Origin: Candidatus Omnitrophota bacterium
GTDB lineage: Bacteria; Omnitrophota; Gorgyraeia; Tantalellales; Tantalellaceae
NCBI GenBank assembly: GCA_035403965.1
Contig: DAONGE010000002.1
Coordinates: 64,466-128,465, forward strand
DNA length: 64,000 bases
Direction: 5' to 3'
Under the pieces are notes generated by a model. The model did no database searches and was not told the DNA's origin. It was given only the letters and a program-made list of their open reading frames with translations. This document shows, one piece after another, positions 1 to 9,624 of this stretch. A program made the position numbers and the translations under genes. How positions within the stretch are numbered: position 1 is the stretch's first letter; each line of letters opens with the position of its first letter.

Positions 1-1
1 C

Positions 2-1267
2 CTCTATTGCATTGTAGGCGGACTTATTTCCTGGCAGGCGTTCCTCATGAGCGTTATTGCCGGAGGTGTATATGTTTTTTTATCGAGGCACATGGTCCGG
101 AAATCAAGATCGATAGGCGAAGAGGGGGTTAAGTATACCAACGATGCCCAGCGATGTATCGTCGAGGATCTGAACGGCATAAAATTCATAAAAAGCAATG
201 CCCTGGAGGACCAAAGAAAAAAGACGCTTTTTGGTTTGATGACGGCGATCGGCACACTTGAGTTCAAAAGGGAGAAATATGCAGCTATCCTCGATACGAT
301 GCCGGAAGTTATGATGACCGCCGTCATGTGCGTTGTGTTCTATGTTTCTTATGTGCACCTTAAAGTCCCCGGCGAGAATCTTTTGGTGCTTCTTGCTGTA
401 CTTTACAGGTTCAACAGGCGAATAATGGCTTTGCAAACATTGCGTCAGCGCATTGTGAACTATATCCCATTCTATGAGTTGTGTTCCGAACTGGTAAGGA
501 CGGCGGGTCTGGCCAGGGAAGTGACCGGAACGGAAAAATTCGATGTGCTCAAGACCGGGATACGTTTCTCGTCAGTGGATTTTTCGTATTCCGAGGAGCA
601 TCCCGTACTTAGGGGGATAGACCTCTTTATCAAAAAGAACGAATTTGTGGCGTTCCTGGGCAAATCGGGCAGCGGGAAGACAACTATATTGGACCTTATA
701 ACAGGGTTGTTGAAGGCGCCCAAAGGGGGCGTGTCAATAGACGATATCCCGATAGGCAGATACGATATTTTTACATGGAGAAAAAAGTTGGGATATGTTT
801 CGCAGGACCCGTTTTTGGTAAACGGTACGATTGCCGACAATATACGCATGAGCGCTCTTTCAGTGAGCGATGAAGAGGTGCTTAACGTCGCAAAAATGGC
901 GTATGCGGACGAATTCATATGCCAGTTTCCGGACGGATACAGTACGGTCGTGGGCGATAGCGGCATGAAACTTTCGGGAGGGCAGAGACAGCGCATCGCT
1001 CTGGCCAGGGCACTTGTGCGCAAGCCACAGGTGCTGATACTCGATGAGGCGACAAGCGCGCTCGATAACAATTCGGAAAGTATGATACAAAGGGCGATAG
1101 ACGGGCTCAAGGGGCATCTTACGATAATAGTCGTCGCGCACCGTCTTGCCAGTATAAATTCGGCGGACAAGGTGTATCTTTTGCATGAAGGCAGGATCAG
1201 CAACAAGGGTACGCTTGAAGAGCTGAGAAAGAATTCCAGTGTTTTTCGGGAGTTGTATCATGGCTGA
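2..1267 (+). CDS. ABC transporter permease/ATP-binding protein, MsbA-like exporter (5' partial, runs off window start)
   Basis: The reading frame is open from base 2. A C-terminal TMD segment is followed by an NBD with Walker A GKSGSGKTT, signature LSGGQRQR and Walker B ILDEAT. Confidence 0.8.
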   Translation, partial: LYCIVGGLISWQAFLMSVIAGGVYVFLSRHMVRKSRSIGEEGVKYTNDAQRCIVEDLNGIKFIKSNALEDQRKKTLFGLMTAIGTLEFKREKYAAILDTMPEVMMTAVMCVVFYVSYVHLKVPGENLLVLLAVLYRFNRRIMALQTLRQRIVNYIPFYELCSELVRTAGLAREVTGTEKFDVLKTGIRFSSVDFSYSEEHPVLRGIDLFIKKNEFVAFLGKSGSGKTTILDLITGLLKAPKGGVSIDDIPIGRYDIFTWRKKLGYVSQDPFLVNGTIADNIRMSALSVSDEEVLNVAKMAYADEFICQFPDGYSTVVGDSGMKLSGGQRQRIALARALVRKPQVLILDEATSALDNNSESMIQRAIDGLKGHLTIIVVAHRLASINSADKVYLLHEGRISNKGTLEELRKNSSVFRELYHG

Positions 1268-2615
1268 AAACCGAAAAAACATCCTGTTCCTGGTGCATTC
1301 CAATAACGATATGGATTATTTCCTTCCCGTGATACATGGCATGAACGGAAAGGGCGATATGGCTCCGGTAGTTTTCTTTCTTGTATCGGAAGAGGAATCC
1401 CATATAAGCGCGGCGCATAAGTATCTTTTGGAGGAGCTGAATGTGCCGGTGTATTCGCTGAAAGGATCCGTCAAAAAAGGGTTTTTCGGAAGATGGTTAA
1501 CGGTTGTTTCGACCCGTTCTTTGAAATTATCCGGTACCGTGCCGATAAAGATGTTGTGCGGGTCCGGGGATGTGATGAGATCTTTCTGGAAAATGCTCTA
1601 TATAGTGGTCGAGCGGCTTTTCTCCGTTTTTCCGCAAATGTTTTTCCGAAAGGAGCATATCGCGGAGCTCATAGAAGGGGTGTCCCCGTCCCTTGTAGTT
1701 GTCGATGTCCAAAGGATAGAAAAGCATGCTCCTTTCAGCGACCTGAGATCGTATTGCAATTCCACAATCGTCGCATTCTGTAAAAGAAAAAAAATACCCG
1801 TTTTTATGATGGAGCACGGGGCGATCAGCATAGTGGATTTCGGCGACTTGAATAAATGCGTTTTTTTTCGGTTCGACAACGAAACATGTGATTTTGAGGA
1901 GAGATATTACAGGCCGGATATCATGGCGCTGAGCTTTGACCATGAACGTAAAGGTTATTCCAGGCTCATAGGGCCGGGAACCGTGGTAAAAGCTTTGGGA
2001 ACTGTACGGTACGACAGGGCATGGAACGAATATATTCAAGGCATTTCGGTCCGGATAGATAAAAGCGGTATCAGAAAAAATAAATTCACGGTGCTGTATG
2101 TCGTAGCCCCTCTAAGCAAAGAAGCGAACGAAGTGATGACCCCGGAGATACTTGCAATAGCCGAAAAATTCCCCGAAACGGAACTTTGGGTAAAGCTCCA
2201 TCCGAGATATCAGTGGGCGATCTCGGACGATATAAGTAAAGGCAGCGATAGAATAAGGTTGTTCCGCAACGACGTGGATATTAATGTTCTTTTGCACTAC
2301 GCGGATCTCGTCATATCTCCGCTCTCGAGCGTGCTTTTTCAGGCCATCATCGATGGCATACCCGTAATATTGTATGAGAGGTGGAAAAAGTTGATGAATT
2401 TTACCGGTAGGACGGCTTTCGAAGATACAGAGTGTATTTTTAGAGCATCCGAGCCCGAGATGTTGTACAATCATTGTTCAAGGGTAATTGCCGGGGAGAG
2501 ACCCTCAATGAGAGATTTTAGGGAGTTTTATAAGAAAAAGATATCGTCGGGCATTGATATGGACAAGAGCATGGTAGAGGGCTACCTAAAGGCTATTAGG
2601 GAGGCTTGCAGGTAA
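1260..2615 (+). CDS. CDP-glycerol glycerophosphotransferase (TagB/TagF)-like / capsule polysaccharide biosynthesis family protein
   Basis: The ATG at 1260 overlaps the upstream stop (ATGGCTGA). The C-terminal KLHPR and ISPLSSV motifs resemble the Glyphos_transf family. Confidence 0.4.
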   Translation: MAENRKNILFLVHSNNDMDYFLPVIHGMNGKGDMAPVVFFLVSEEESHISAAHKYLLEELNVPVYSLKGSVKKGFFGRWLTVVSTRSLKLSGTVPIKMLCGSGDVMRSFWKMLYIVVERLFSVFPQMFFRKEHIAELIEGVSPSLVVVDVQRIEKHAPFSDLRSYCNSTIVAFCKRKKIPVFMMEHGAISIVDFGDLNKCVFFRFDNETCDFEERYYRPDIMALSFDHERKGYSRLIGPGTVVKALGTVRYDRAWNEYIQGISVRIDKSGIRKNKFTVLYVVAPLSKEANEVMTPEILAIAEKFPETELWVKLHPRYQWAISDDISKGSDRIRLFRNDVDINVLLHYADLVISPLSSVLFQAIIDGIPVILYERWKKLMNFTGRTAFEDTECIFRASEPEMLYNHCSRVIAGERPSMRDFREFYKKKISSGIDMDKSMVEGYLKAIREACR

Positions 2616-2854
2616 AGATGGCATTGTGGAAAACAGGAAAAAGCATGGCAAGATAATCTGAGCGCTGGCGGGTCTGGGGATACGAGCTAAAACGCTGGTG
2701 TTTTTGGGATGTGAAATGAAATATTTCGGTTATGCCGGTGACGCGACCTGCTCGTTTTTTAATTTCAAAGGTGCAAAAAATTGCTTGATAGTTAGTCTCT
2801 AGAAATGGGGCGATTTCACCGTGTCAAAAATTAGGTGGAAGGATAGAGGGTGTT

Positions 2855-4300
2855 ATGAATAATAGGCCAGAAATATTAGACATGGTAGTTCCTAATGCAG
2901 GTAAAGTGCTCGATGTCGGATGTGCTGAGGGAGACGTTGGCAGTGCCTTAAAAAAGAGGACAAATTGTGAGGTAATTGGAATTGAACTAGATCCGGGAAA
3001 AGGTGAGATTGCAAAGAAAAAAATTGATAGGGTTATTATTGGAGACGTGGAAAAGTTGGTTATTGATTTCCCTGAGAAGTGGTTCGATTGTATAATTTTT
3101 GCCGATGTGCTTGAACATCTTAGAGATCCTTTGTCGGTTATTACCAAATATGGCAAGCACCTTAAAGATAGAGGGAAAATGATAGTTTGTATTTCAAACG
3201 TACGACATATAAGCATCATAGCGGATCTCCTTTTTTGGGGCAGATGGGAATGCAAAGAGTATGGTCTTATGGACTCAGGTCATATTAGGTTTTTTACACG
3301 AAAAAGTATATTGAGAATTTTCCAAAACGCAGGGTTTAGGGTTATTTCGAGTAAAAAGATACTGAGTTTGAAAGGTTCGGGAATGTTAAGTAAATTGACG
3401 TTTGGTATTTTTGACGAATTTCTTACGGCCAAGTATGTTTTTGAGATAGCTAAAATGGAATCGGTTTTCAAGGGATATAAAAAGGTTGATTCTATAACGC
3501 GTGAAGCATGGGGAGAGAACTGGCGCGACATAAGTATTGATAGAGTGATGGAGATTTTTGACTATACTAGGGTGAAAAGACTTTTGGAGACGATCAGGGC
3601 GGAATTGCCCGAAAAGGGTAAAATCCTTGAAGGAGGGTGCGGTCTTGGCCCCTGGCTTATAAAGCTGAGGTCTCTGGGATACGATATAGAAGGCGTTGAT
3701 TATGACGAGTCGAGTGTTGGCAAAATTAGGGCATTTGACAGTAGTATATCCGTATCAGTCGCGAATATCGAACAAATGCCCTTTCCTGACCGGTATTTTA
3801 GCGTGTACCTTTCTTTTGGGGTCCTTGAGCATTTCTACGAAGGGCCAGAAAAGGCAGTGAGAGAGGCGTGGCGAGTGCTTGAGGATGGGGGAAAATTCAT
3901 TATTTTTTTACCGCACATGAACTTTTTACTGGCTGTCAGATTCCCTTTTGAAAAGATGAAAAAGAACGTTTTCATACGGCGAATACTGGGTAAAAAAGAA
4001 AAAAATTTTTATTATGAAAAATATTTCAATCGAAGAGAAATATCTGGTATTTTGAGAAAGAACGGGTTTGATATAGAAAATATTAGGCCAGTTGATCATA
4101 TTTTCTCGTTTGTTCAGTTCTCTGCGATTTTCAGAGATAAGAATACTTACGATGGGGAGAATCGTATCGCCGTGAAGATATCAGACTCTCTAAAGGGGTT
4201 GTTCCCATGGGGAACTGCCGGGTCGATGATGATAATAGCAAAAAAAAGGTATAAAAGAGGGGCGGAGCATGAAACTTGTAATACAAATACCCTGTCATAA
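2855..4300 (+). CDS. Tandem class I SAM-dependent methyltransferase (two MTase domains)
   Basis: Two glycine-rich SAM motifs are present, VLDVGCAEGDVG and ILEGGCGLGPW. Each is followed by an acidic loop and FxxVLEH. Confidence 0.7.
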   Translation: MNNRPEILDMVVPNAGKVLDVGCAEGDVGSALKKRTNCEVIGIELDPGKGEIAKKKIDRVIIGDVEKLVIDFPEKWFDCIIFADVLEHLRDPLSVITKYGKHLKDRGKMIVCISNVRHISIIADLLFWGRWECKEYGLMDSGHIRFFTRKSILRIFQNAGFRVISSKKILSLKGSGMLSKLTFGIFDEFLTAKYVFEIAKMESVFKGYKKVDSITREAWGENWRDISIDRVMEIFDYTRVKRLLETIRAELPEKGKILEGGCGLGPWLIKLRSLGYDIEGVDYDESSVGKIRAFDSSISVSVANIEQMPFPDRYFSVYLSFGVLEHFYEGPEKAVREAWRVLEDGGKFIIFLPHMNFLLAVRFPFEKMKKNVFIRRILGKKEKNFYYEKYFNRREISGILRKNGFDIENIRPVDHIFSFVQFSAIFRDKNTYDGENRIAVKISDSLKGLFPWGTAGSMMIIAKKRYKRGAEHETCNTNTLS

Positions 4301-5216
4301 TGAGGAGAACACTTTACCTGTTACCCTGAGAGACCTGCCGAAAAAGATAGAGGGGGTAGATGTTATCGAGACACTTATTATCAACGATGGCTCGACCGAT
4401 GGAACGGTGGATACGGCCAAGAGCAACGGGGCGAACCATATCCTTAATATGCCGTCGAAAAGGGGCCTGGCCGAAGCTTTTAAAAAAGGGCTTAGCAGGG
4501 CGGTAGAATTGGGGGCCGATATCATTGTGAACACCGATGGGGATAATCAGTATAAGGGAGAGGATATCCCGCTTCTTGTGCGCCCCATCATAGAAAAACG
4601 TGCGGAGATAGTTGTGGGGTGCAGGGATATTTCCGCTATACAACATTTTTCTTTTATGAAAAAGATGCTTCAGAAATTCGGAAGCCATATGGTCAGAAAG
4701 TTCTCAAATACCGATATTCCGGACACAACAAGCGGATTCCGGGCATATTCTAGAGAGGCGGCCATGCAGCTTAATGTGTTTTCCGAATATACCTATACGC
4801 TTGAGACGATCATACAGGCCGGCAGAAAGGGGATACCGATCACACATGCGCAAATCAGGACGAACCCAAAATTGCGCGAATCCCGTCTGATAAAGAGCAT
4901 ACCTGCATATATAGGTAAGTCCGTGGCTACGATGCTCAGGGTGTATCTTATGTATGAACCGTTGAAATTCTTTACGCGTGTCGGTGGTTTTTTGCTCGCA
5001 CTGGGGGCGATAACCGGCGTACGGTACGCTTATTTCTTCTTCTTTGCGGCTAAAAAAGGCGGACATGTCCAGTCCCTGATCCTTGGATCGATATTGTGCA
5101 TAATCGGTTTTCTTGTCATAGTGATCGGTCTTTTAGGTGATATTATTGCCGCTAACCGGAAACTGAATGAGGAGACCCTTTATCGTATCCGGAAATTTGG
5201 GGGACAGGCAAAATAA
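4269..5216 (+). CDS. GT2 polyprenol-phosphate glycosyltransferase (ArnC/GtrB-like) with C-terminal TM helices
   Basis: The N-terminal GT2 region has IPCHNEE, INDGSTDGT and a DGD-type motif. The C-terminal TM pair (FLLALGAITGV...ILCIIGFLVIVIGLLGDII) is typical of the ArnC/DPM1 bacterial type. Confidence 0.65.
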   Translation: MKLVIQIPCHNEENTLPVTLRDLPKKIEGVDVIETLIINDGSTDGTVDTAKSNGANHILNMPSKRGLAEAFKKGLSRAVELGADIIVNTDGDNQYKGEDIPLLVRPIIEKRAEIVVGCRDISAIQHFSFMKKMLQKFGSHMVRKFSNTDIPDTTSGFRAYSREAAMQLNVFSEYTYTLETIIQAGRKGIPITHAQIRTNPKLRESRLIKSIPAYIGKSVATMLRVYLMYEPLKFFTRVGGFLLALGAITGVRYAYFFFFAAKKGGHVQSLILGSILCIIGFLVIVIGLLGDIIAANRKLNEETLYRIRKFGGQAK

Positions 5217-5219
5217 AGA

Positions 5220-6284
5220 ATGACCACATCGGATAAACAAAAAAGAATACTAATAGTTTCGCGAAAATATCCCCCGGCGATTGGCGGGATGGAAGCCTAT
5301 GCATTTTCATTTATTAAGTACATGTCCAAGATATACAGCGTGGAGAGCATCACACTGGGGTACGGACAAGTAAATTTATTATGGTTTCTTCCGTATGTGT
5401 TATTCCGGGTTGTTTTTTGCGCAAAAAGTTTTGACATTATTTATCTCTGTGACGCGTTGTTGTCTCCCGTGGGTGTTGTTGCAAAGATGTTTAGCCGTTC
5501 AAAGGTTGTTGTTACCGTGCACGGTCTCGATATTACGTATAGCGGGTTTTGTTATCAAAAGGTTATTCCAAAATGTGTCGCGGCGTTAGATAAAGTGGTT
5601 TGTGTAAGCCGCATGACTATGGAAGAATGCGCCAAACGAGGTGTACAGAGGGAGAAATGTCTGGTTATACCCAACGGAGTAGATGCCGATGTATTGGTCC
5701 GGGGTACGATCGAGAACGTTCCTGAAGATTTGCGTCATGTGGTTGATGCCACGTTCGGTAAAAAAATTATTATTACTGTCGGGCGACTTGTGAAGCGTAA
5801 AGGGGTAGAGTGGTTTATAGGCGAAGTCATGTCGGATATCCCGGACGATTATGTTTATTTCGTAATAGGAAGCGGTCCGGAGCGGAATAATATCCAAAGT
5901 GCTGTGGAACGCAAAGGTTTAGAGCGAAGGGTTTTTTTATTAGGGCAAGTCTCGGAACGAACGCTTGAATGGATATATGCCCATGCGGATGTTATGGTGA
6001 TGCCGAATAGAAAAATCGCAGGAGATCCGGAAGGGTTTGGCATTGTGGCGATATCGGCCGCTGTCAGAGGATTGCCGGTTGTCGCCAGTAATATTGACGG
6101 TTTACCGGATGCTGTAATAAATGGGAGGACAGGCTGGCTTGTTGATCCTGACGAGCGACGATCTTTTGTCGACAAGATAGTTAATCCCGGACTTGATAGG
6201 CGAACGGTTGCGGATTCATCTCGTGTTTTTTTCTGGGAACACGTCATTTTAAATTATCAGCAGATGATCGGCGGGGCGATATGA
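5220..6284 (+). CDS. Glycosyltransferase family 4 (GT1 clan)
   Basis: The C-terminal EGFGIV...GLPVVASNIDGLPDAV..GRTGWLV motif is the GT4 EX7E region. Confidence 0.7.
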   Translation: MTTSDKQKRILIVSRKYPPAIGGMEAYAFSFIKYMSKIYSVESITLGYGQVNLLWFLPYVLFRVVFCAKSFDIIYLCDALLSPVGVVAKMFSRSKVVVTVHGLDITYSGFCYQKVIPKCVAALDKVVCVSRMTMEECAKRGVQREKCLVIPNGVDADVLVRGTIENVPEDLRHVVDATFGKKIIITVGRLVKRKGVEWFIGEVMSDIPDDYVYFVIGSGPERNNIQSAVERKGLERRVFLLGQVSERTLEWIYAHADVMVMPNRKIAGDPEGFGIVAISAAVRGLPVVASNIDGLPDAVINGRTGWLVDPDERRSFVDKIVNPGLDRRTVADSSRVFFWEHVILNYQQMIGGAI

Positions 6285-7405
6285 GGATATTCACTGTAAA
6301 TATGGCCCCGGTTAATCCGCCGCATAACGACGGAGTGAAAAATATTCTTGTTAGTATATCTGAAAAAATAAAACGGCATGACTTTATCTTTGTTTCATCG
6401 GCATATGCAGGGGCATTTCCTTTGCGATCTAACGTGCGATACATAAGGTCTATCTTTGAAAAACCGGGGCGGCATAGCATGTCTGTCGGGCAGATCATGT
6501 TTGTTCTGATTGCGATGATGTTCAATCTGCCGGGAACGGATATTCTTCAGTTTTTTATAACTCCGAAACGCGGTTATACCGTTTTTTTGCGGGCTATTAC
6601 GAAATTATCTAATAAAAAATCGATCCAGGTCGTACCGTCGGTGCATACCTTGTTTGCGAACAATGATAAGGTGTCGGACGATATCTTTTTTGCCGACAGA
6701 GTAATAGTGCAATCGGATTATGCGATGTCAAAACTTTGTGCGCTTGGGGTAAAAAACGTGTCGCGGATATATCCGGGGATTAATACCGAGGAATATAAAT
6801 ACAGGCCCGATTGCCGGCGCGCTGCGAATAGGCGAAGGGTGATATATGCCGGCACATATAAGCTTATAGATACGGCTTATTCGCTCGAGGCTTTTCTGGA
6901 GATTGTGCGTGGCGTATGTGTTAAAGATCCGTCCGTGGAATTTGTTATGGCGTGCAGGCTGCGTACAAAAAAGGATATAGAACTTAAAGAAACATTCAAG
7001 CGTATGGTTTTGAAGTCTGATTTGGCGGACAGATTTCTGTACCTGGATAGGGTCGTCGATATGCCGGTGGTAATGAATACTTGTGATATAGGCATTATGC
7101 CGTGTAAACGTGTGATGCCCGGAGTTTTGGAAATACCTATGGCGCTTATAGAAGGGGCCGCTTCGGGGTTGGCTGTAATTTATGGGGATGTTCCTCCTCT
7201 TATGGAATTAGAAAAAAAAGGGATCGGAGTGATGTTGTCTTCTTCTTTGCCGTCGGACTACTCGCAAAAAATAATAGAGCTGCTGAATGATGCGTGCAAA
7301 ATAGAAGAGATACGTGAGAAATCCGGAAAAGCGGTTGTAGAATATTTTGATGTAAATAAAATGGCGGAAGAATATGGGCGGGTCTATGATTCGCTGCGGG
7401 AGTGA
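6281..7405 (+). CDS. Glycosyltransferase family 4-like
   Basis: It overlaps the upstream gene by 4 nt (ATGA). The C-terminal EGAASGLAVIYGDVPPLME fits the GT-B fold. Confidence 0.5.
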   Translation: MRIFTVNMAPVNPPHNDGVKNILVSISEKIKRHDFIFVSSAYAGAFPLRSNVRYIRSIFEKPGRHSMSVGQIMFVLIAMMFNLPGTDILQFFITPKRGYTVFLRAITKLSNKKSIQVVPSVHTLFANNDKVSDDIFFADRVIVQSDYAMSKLCALGVKNVSRIYPGINTEEYKYRPDCRRAANRRRVIYAGTYKLIDTAYSLEAFLEIVRGVCVKDPSVEFVMACRLRTKKDIELKETFKRMVLKSDLADRFLYLDRVVDMPVVMNTCDIGIMPCKRVMPGVLEIPMALIEGAASGLAVIYGDVPPLMELEKKGIGVMLSSSLPSDYSQKIIELLNDACKIEEIREKSGKAVVEYFDVNKMAEEYGRVYDSLRE

Positions 7406-7406
7406 A

Positions 7407-8900
7407 ATGGAAGAAAATGTCAGATATTTTCTGAACGATGACTATCCGGCTGACGATGTTACGGCATATACGCTTAAGCGGATGGCCGATGTCGATGGAG
7501 TCATAAAACCTGTGGTGGCCTTGCCGGATCTGCATTTTAAGGGGTCGTATCATACCCCTACGGGTGTTGTTGTTCTGACAAAAGATAAAATAATACCCAA
7601 GTTTCTGAACGCGAATTGTGGGATGAGTTTTGTGGTTACCACGCTAACGGTGGATGATATCGATAACGGAAAAATCGATTGTTTGTTCAATGCGCTCAAA
7701 AGACATATATCCGTAGCGCTAAGACTTTCCCCGGTAATAACCAGGTACGATCTGGGGAAAATCATAGAGACGGGGGCCGAATGGAGTTTCCGCAGGTTCG
7801 GTCTTGATGAGTCAAACTTGCAGAATATGGAAAACTGCGGGAATATATTTAAAGGGAAGAATATTGATCCGAATGATATCGATGCCAGTTTGCCGGATTT
7901 TATCAAAGACGTCGGGATGTTGAGTATGGGTGTACTGGGATATGGCAATCATTTTGTTGAAATGCAGGCGGTGGATAGCGTGATGGATGCGGAGGCGGCG
8001 AAAATGTTCGATTTGCCCACCGGCAGGATATGCTTTATGATACACGGGGATTCGCGTGGATTTGGCCAGTCGGTGATCGACCATTATTCCAAATATTCAA
8101 AAAAACTGCTGGGGTTACAGCAGGCGTATAAAAGGGTATATTATTCCATGCTGGCTAACAGGAATATCCCATCAGGCATTAAGATCTGTATGGATAGATT
8201 AAATGTTAATTTGAACCGGTATAAGTCGGTGGTGTTTTCCGGGAAGGGTGCAAAAATAAAACGGAGCGTAGAATATCGTTCGATGGATTTGTCGTCAACC
8301 GATGGACGCAGATATATGACGAGTAATTATTGCGCATTGAACTTAGGATATGCAAATAGGGCATATATAGCGGGGACCATTGCCGGGTCGTTACGGGAAA
8401 TTTTTAAAGATAAAAAAATGAATGTTACGATATTGAATGACGGGAATCATGATTCTCTTCAGGAAGAGAATATCGACGGGAAAAATTTTTTGGTGCACAG
8501 GAACGGTGCGGCAAGGGCTCTGCCGCCCGCATATTTTAACGACCATCCGATATTCGCGCGTACAGGCCAGCCGGTGCTCTTGCCTACCGCTCTTGGCAGG
8601 GATTCATATCTTTGTGCTGCAAGAGTGGGGTGTAAAGATTCCTGTTATTCCGCTTGTCACGGGACAGGCCGTCTTGTCGATAGGGGCGAAGCCAGGGGGG
8701 TTTTTACGGATGATGATGTTTACCGGGAAACAGAGGCGAAACGGATGAGAGTGTTCGATTACGGTAAAGGAAAGATATCAGAGGAAGCCCCGGCGGCTTT
8801 TAAAGATGCAAAAAAGATATTGGAAACCATGGAACGCTATAATATCGCCTGTCCGGTGGTTAAATTGCGGCCGGTGGCTGTACTCAAAGGGTGGAGATGA
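7407..8900 (+). CDS. RtcB-family 3'-phosphate RNA ligase homolog (divergent)
   Basis: Motifs were matched to RtcB from memory: ALPDLH, NANCGM (metal-binding Cys), GYGNHFVE, IHGDSRGFG, VHRNGAARA and CHGTGR. The ATG follows 2 nt after the upstream stop. Confidence 0.6.
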   Translation: MEENVRYFLNDDYPADDVTAYTLKRMADVDGVIKPVVALPDLHFKGSYHTPTGVVVLTKDKIIPKFLNANCGMSFVVTTLTVDDIDNGKIDCLFNALKRHISVALRLSPVITRYDLGKIIETGAEWSFRRFGLDESNLQNMENCGNIFKGKNIDPNDIDASLPDFIKDVGMLSMGVLGYGNHFVEMQAVDSVMDAEAAKMFDLPTGRICFMIHGDSRGFGQSVIDHYSKYSKKLLGLQQAYKRVYYSMLANRNIPSGIKICMDRLNVNLNRYKSVVFSGKGAKIKRSVEYRSMDLSSTDGRRYMTSNYCALNLGYANRAYIAGTIAGSLREIFKDKKMNVTILNDGNHDSLQEENIDGKNFLVHRNGAARALPPAYFNDHPIFARTGQPVLLPTALGRDSYLCAARVGCKDSCYSACHGTGRLVDRGEARGVFTDDDVYRETEAKRMRVFDYGKGKISEEAPAAFKDAKKILETMERYNIACPVVKLRPVAVLKGWR

Positions 8901-8901
8901 A

Positions 8902-9534
8902 ATGTTAATAGCGTTTTGCGGTCTGGATGGTGCGGGGAAAACGACTCAGGCTAATTCTGTCGTAAAAATGTTTGAGTCACGCGGCTTAAAATGCGGGTAC
9001 AGACATTTTATAAAAGGAACGTTGAGTTATTATCTGACGCACAATATAGTTGGAAAGGTTAGCATGGGTTTCCGCAGCAGCTTGGAACAAAAGTTGCGGA
9101 AAGAAAAGAAGGGCTTAGATTCTGTGCTTCTTTCCTGGGTGAAGAGGCTGCTTGTATTGGTCGATGTCGTTTATTTTAATCTGAGATACGGGAACCGCAA
9201 AGGGGATGTATTAAACAATATCGTCTGTGATCGATATTATTATGACGAATTGGTGCAATTAAACTACTTGGGGTTTAAGCTAGGAGTAATGGAGAAGTTT
9301 ATAAAACGGATCATGATAGAGCCTGACAGGATATTTTACATAGATATTCTTCCCGAAACGGCTTTTACGCGTAAATCCGAGGGGTTTTGTGAAGAGTATT
9401 TTAGGATCAAAAGTAAGAGATATAAAGACTATTTGCCAAAAAGCACTGTGTGTATACCGGGGGATGGGACCGAGGGTGAAATAAAAGATATTATTTTGTC
9501 AGAGATGAAAAAGTTCCTTCCCGGAGAGCATTAA
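8902..9534 (+). CDS. dTMP kinase-like P-loop nucleotide kinase
   Basis: The N-terminal IAFCGLDGAGKTTQ P-loop and a CDRYYYD (DRY) motif are characteristic of thymidylate kinase. The ATG follows 2 nt after the RtcB-like stop. Confidence 0.5.
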   Translation: MLIAFCGLDGAGKTTQANSVVKMFESRGLKCGYRHFIKGTLSYYLTHNIVGKVSMGFRSSLEQKLRKEKKGLDSVLLSWVKRLLVLVDVVYFNLRYGNRKGDVLNNIVCDRYYYDELVQLNYLGFKLGVMEKFIKRIMIEPDRIFYIDILPETAFTRKSEGFCEEYFRIKSKRYKDYLPKSTVCIPGDGTEGEIKDIILSEMKKFLPGEH

Positions 9535-9624
9535 GACATTTGGCCGGCGAAGAGGGCGGATCGGGCGTAGATCGAAAATCGTTTTTACAGGTGGATAACT
9601 AAAGTTGATAACGTCAGGCGGTAA

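Noticed and set aside
472-1303. Minus-strand ORFs of 244 aa and 147 aa overlapping the ABC transporter gene
   Set aside because: They fall entirely inside a + strand gene with clear ABC motifs. They have low-complexity Ser/Leu-rich translations typical of antisense frames, and no RBS or context.
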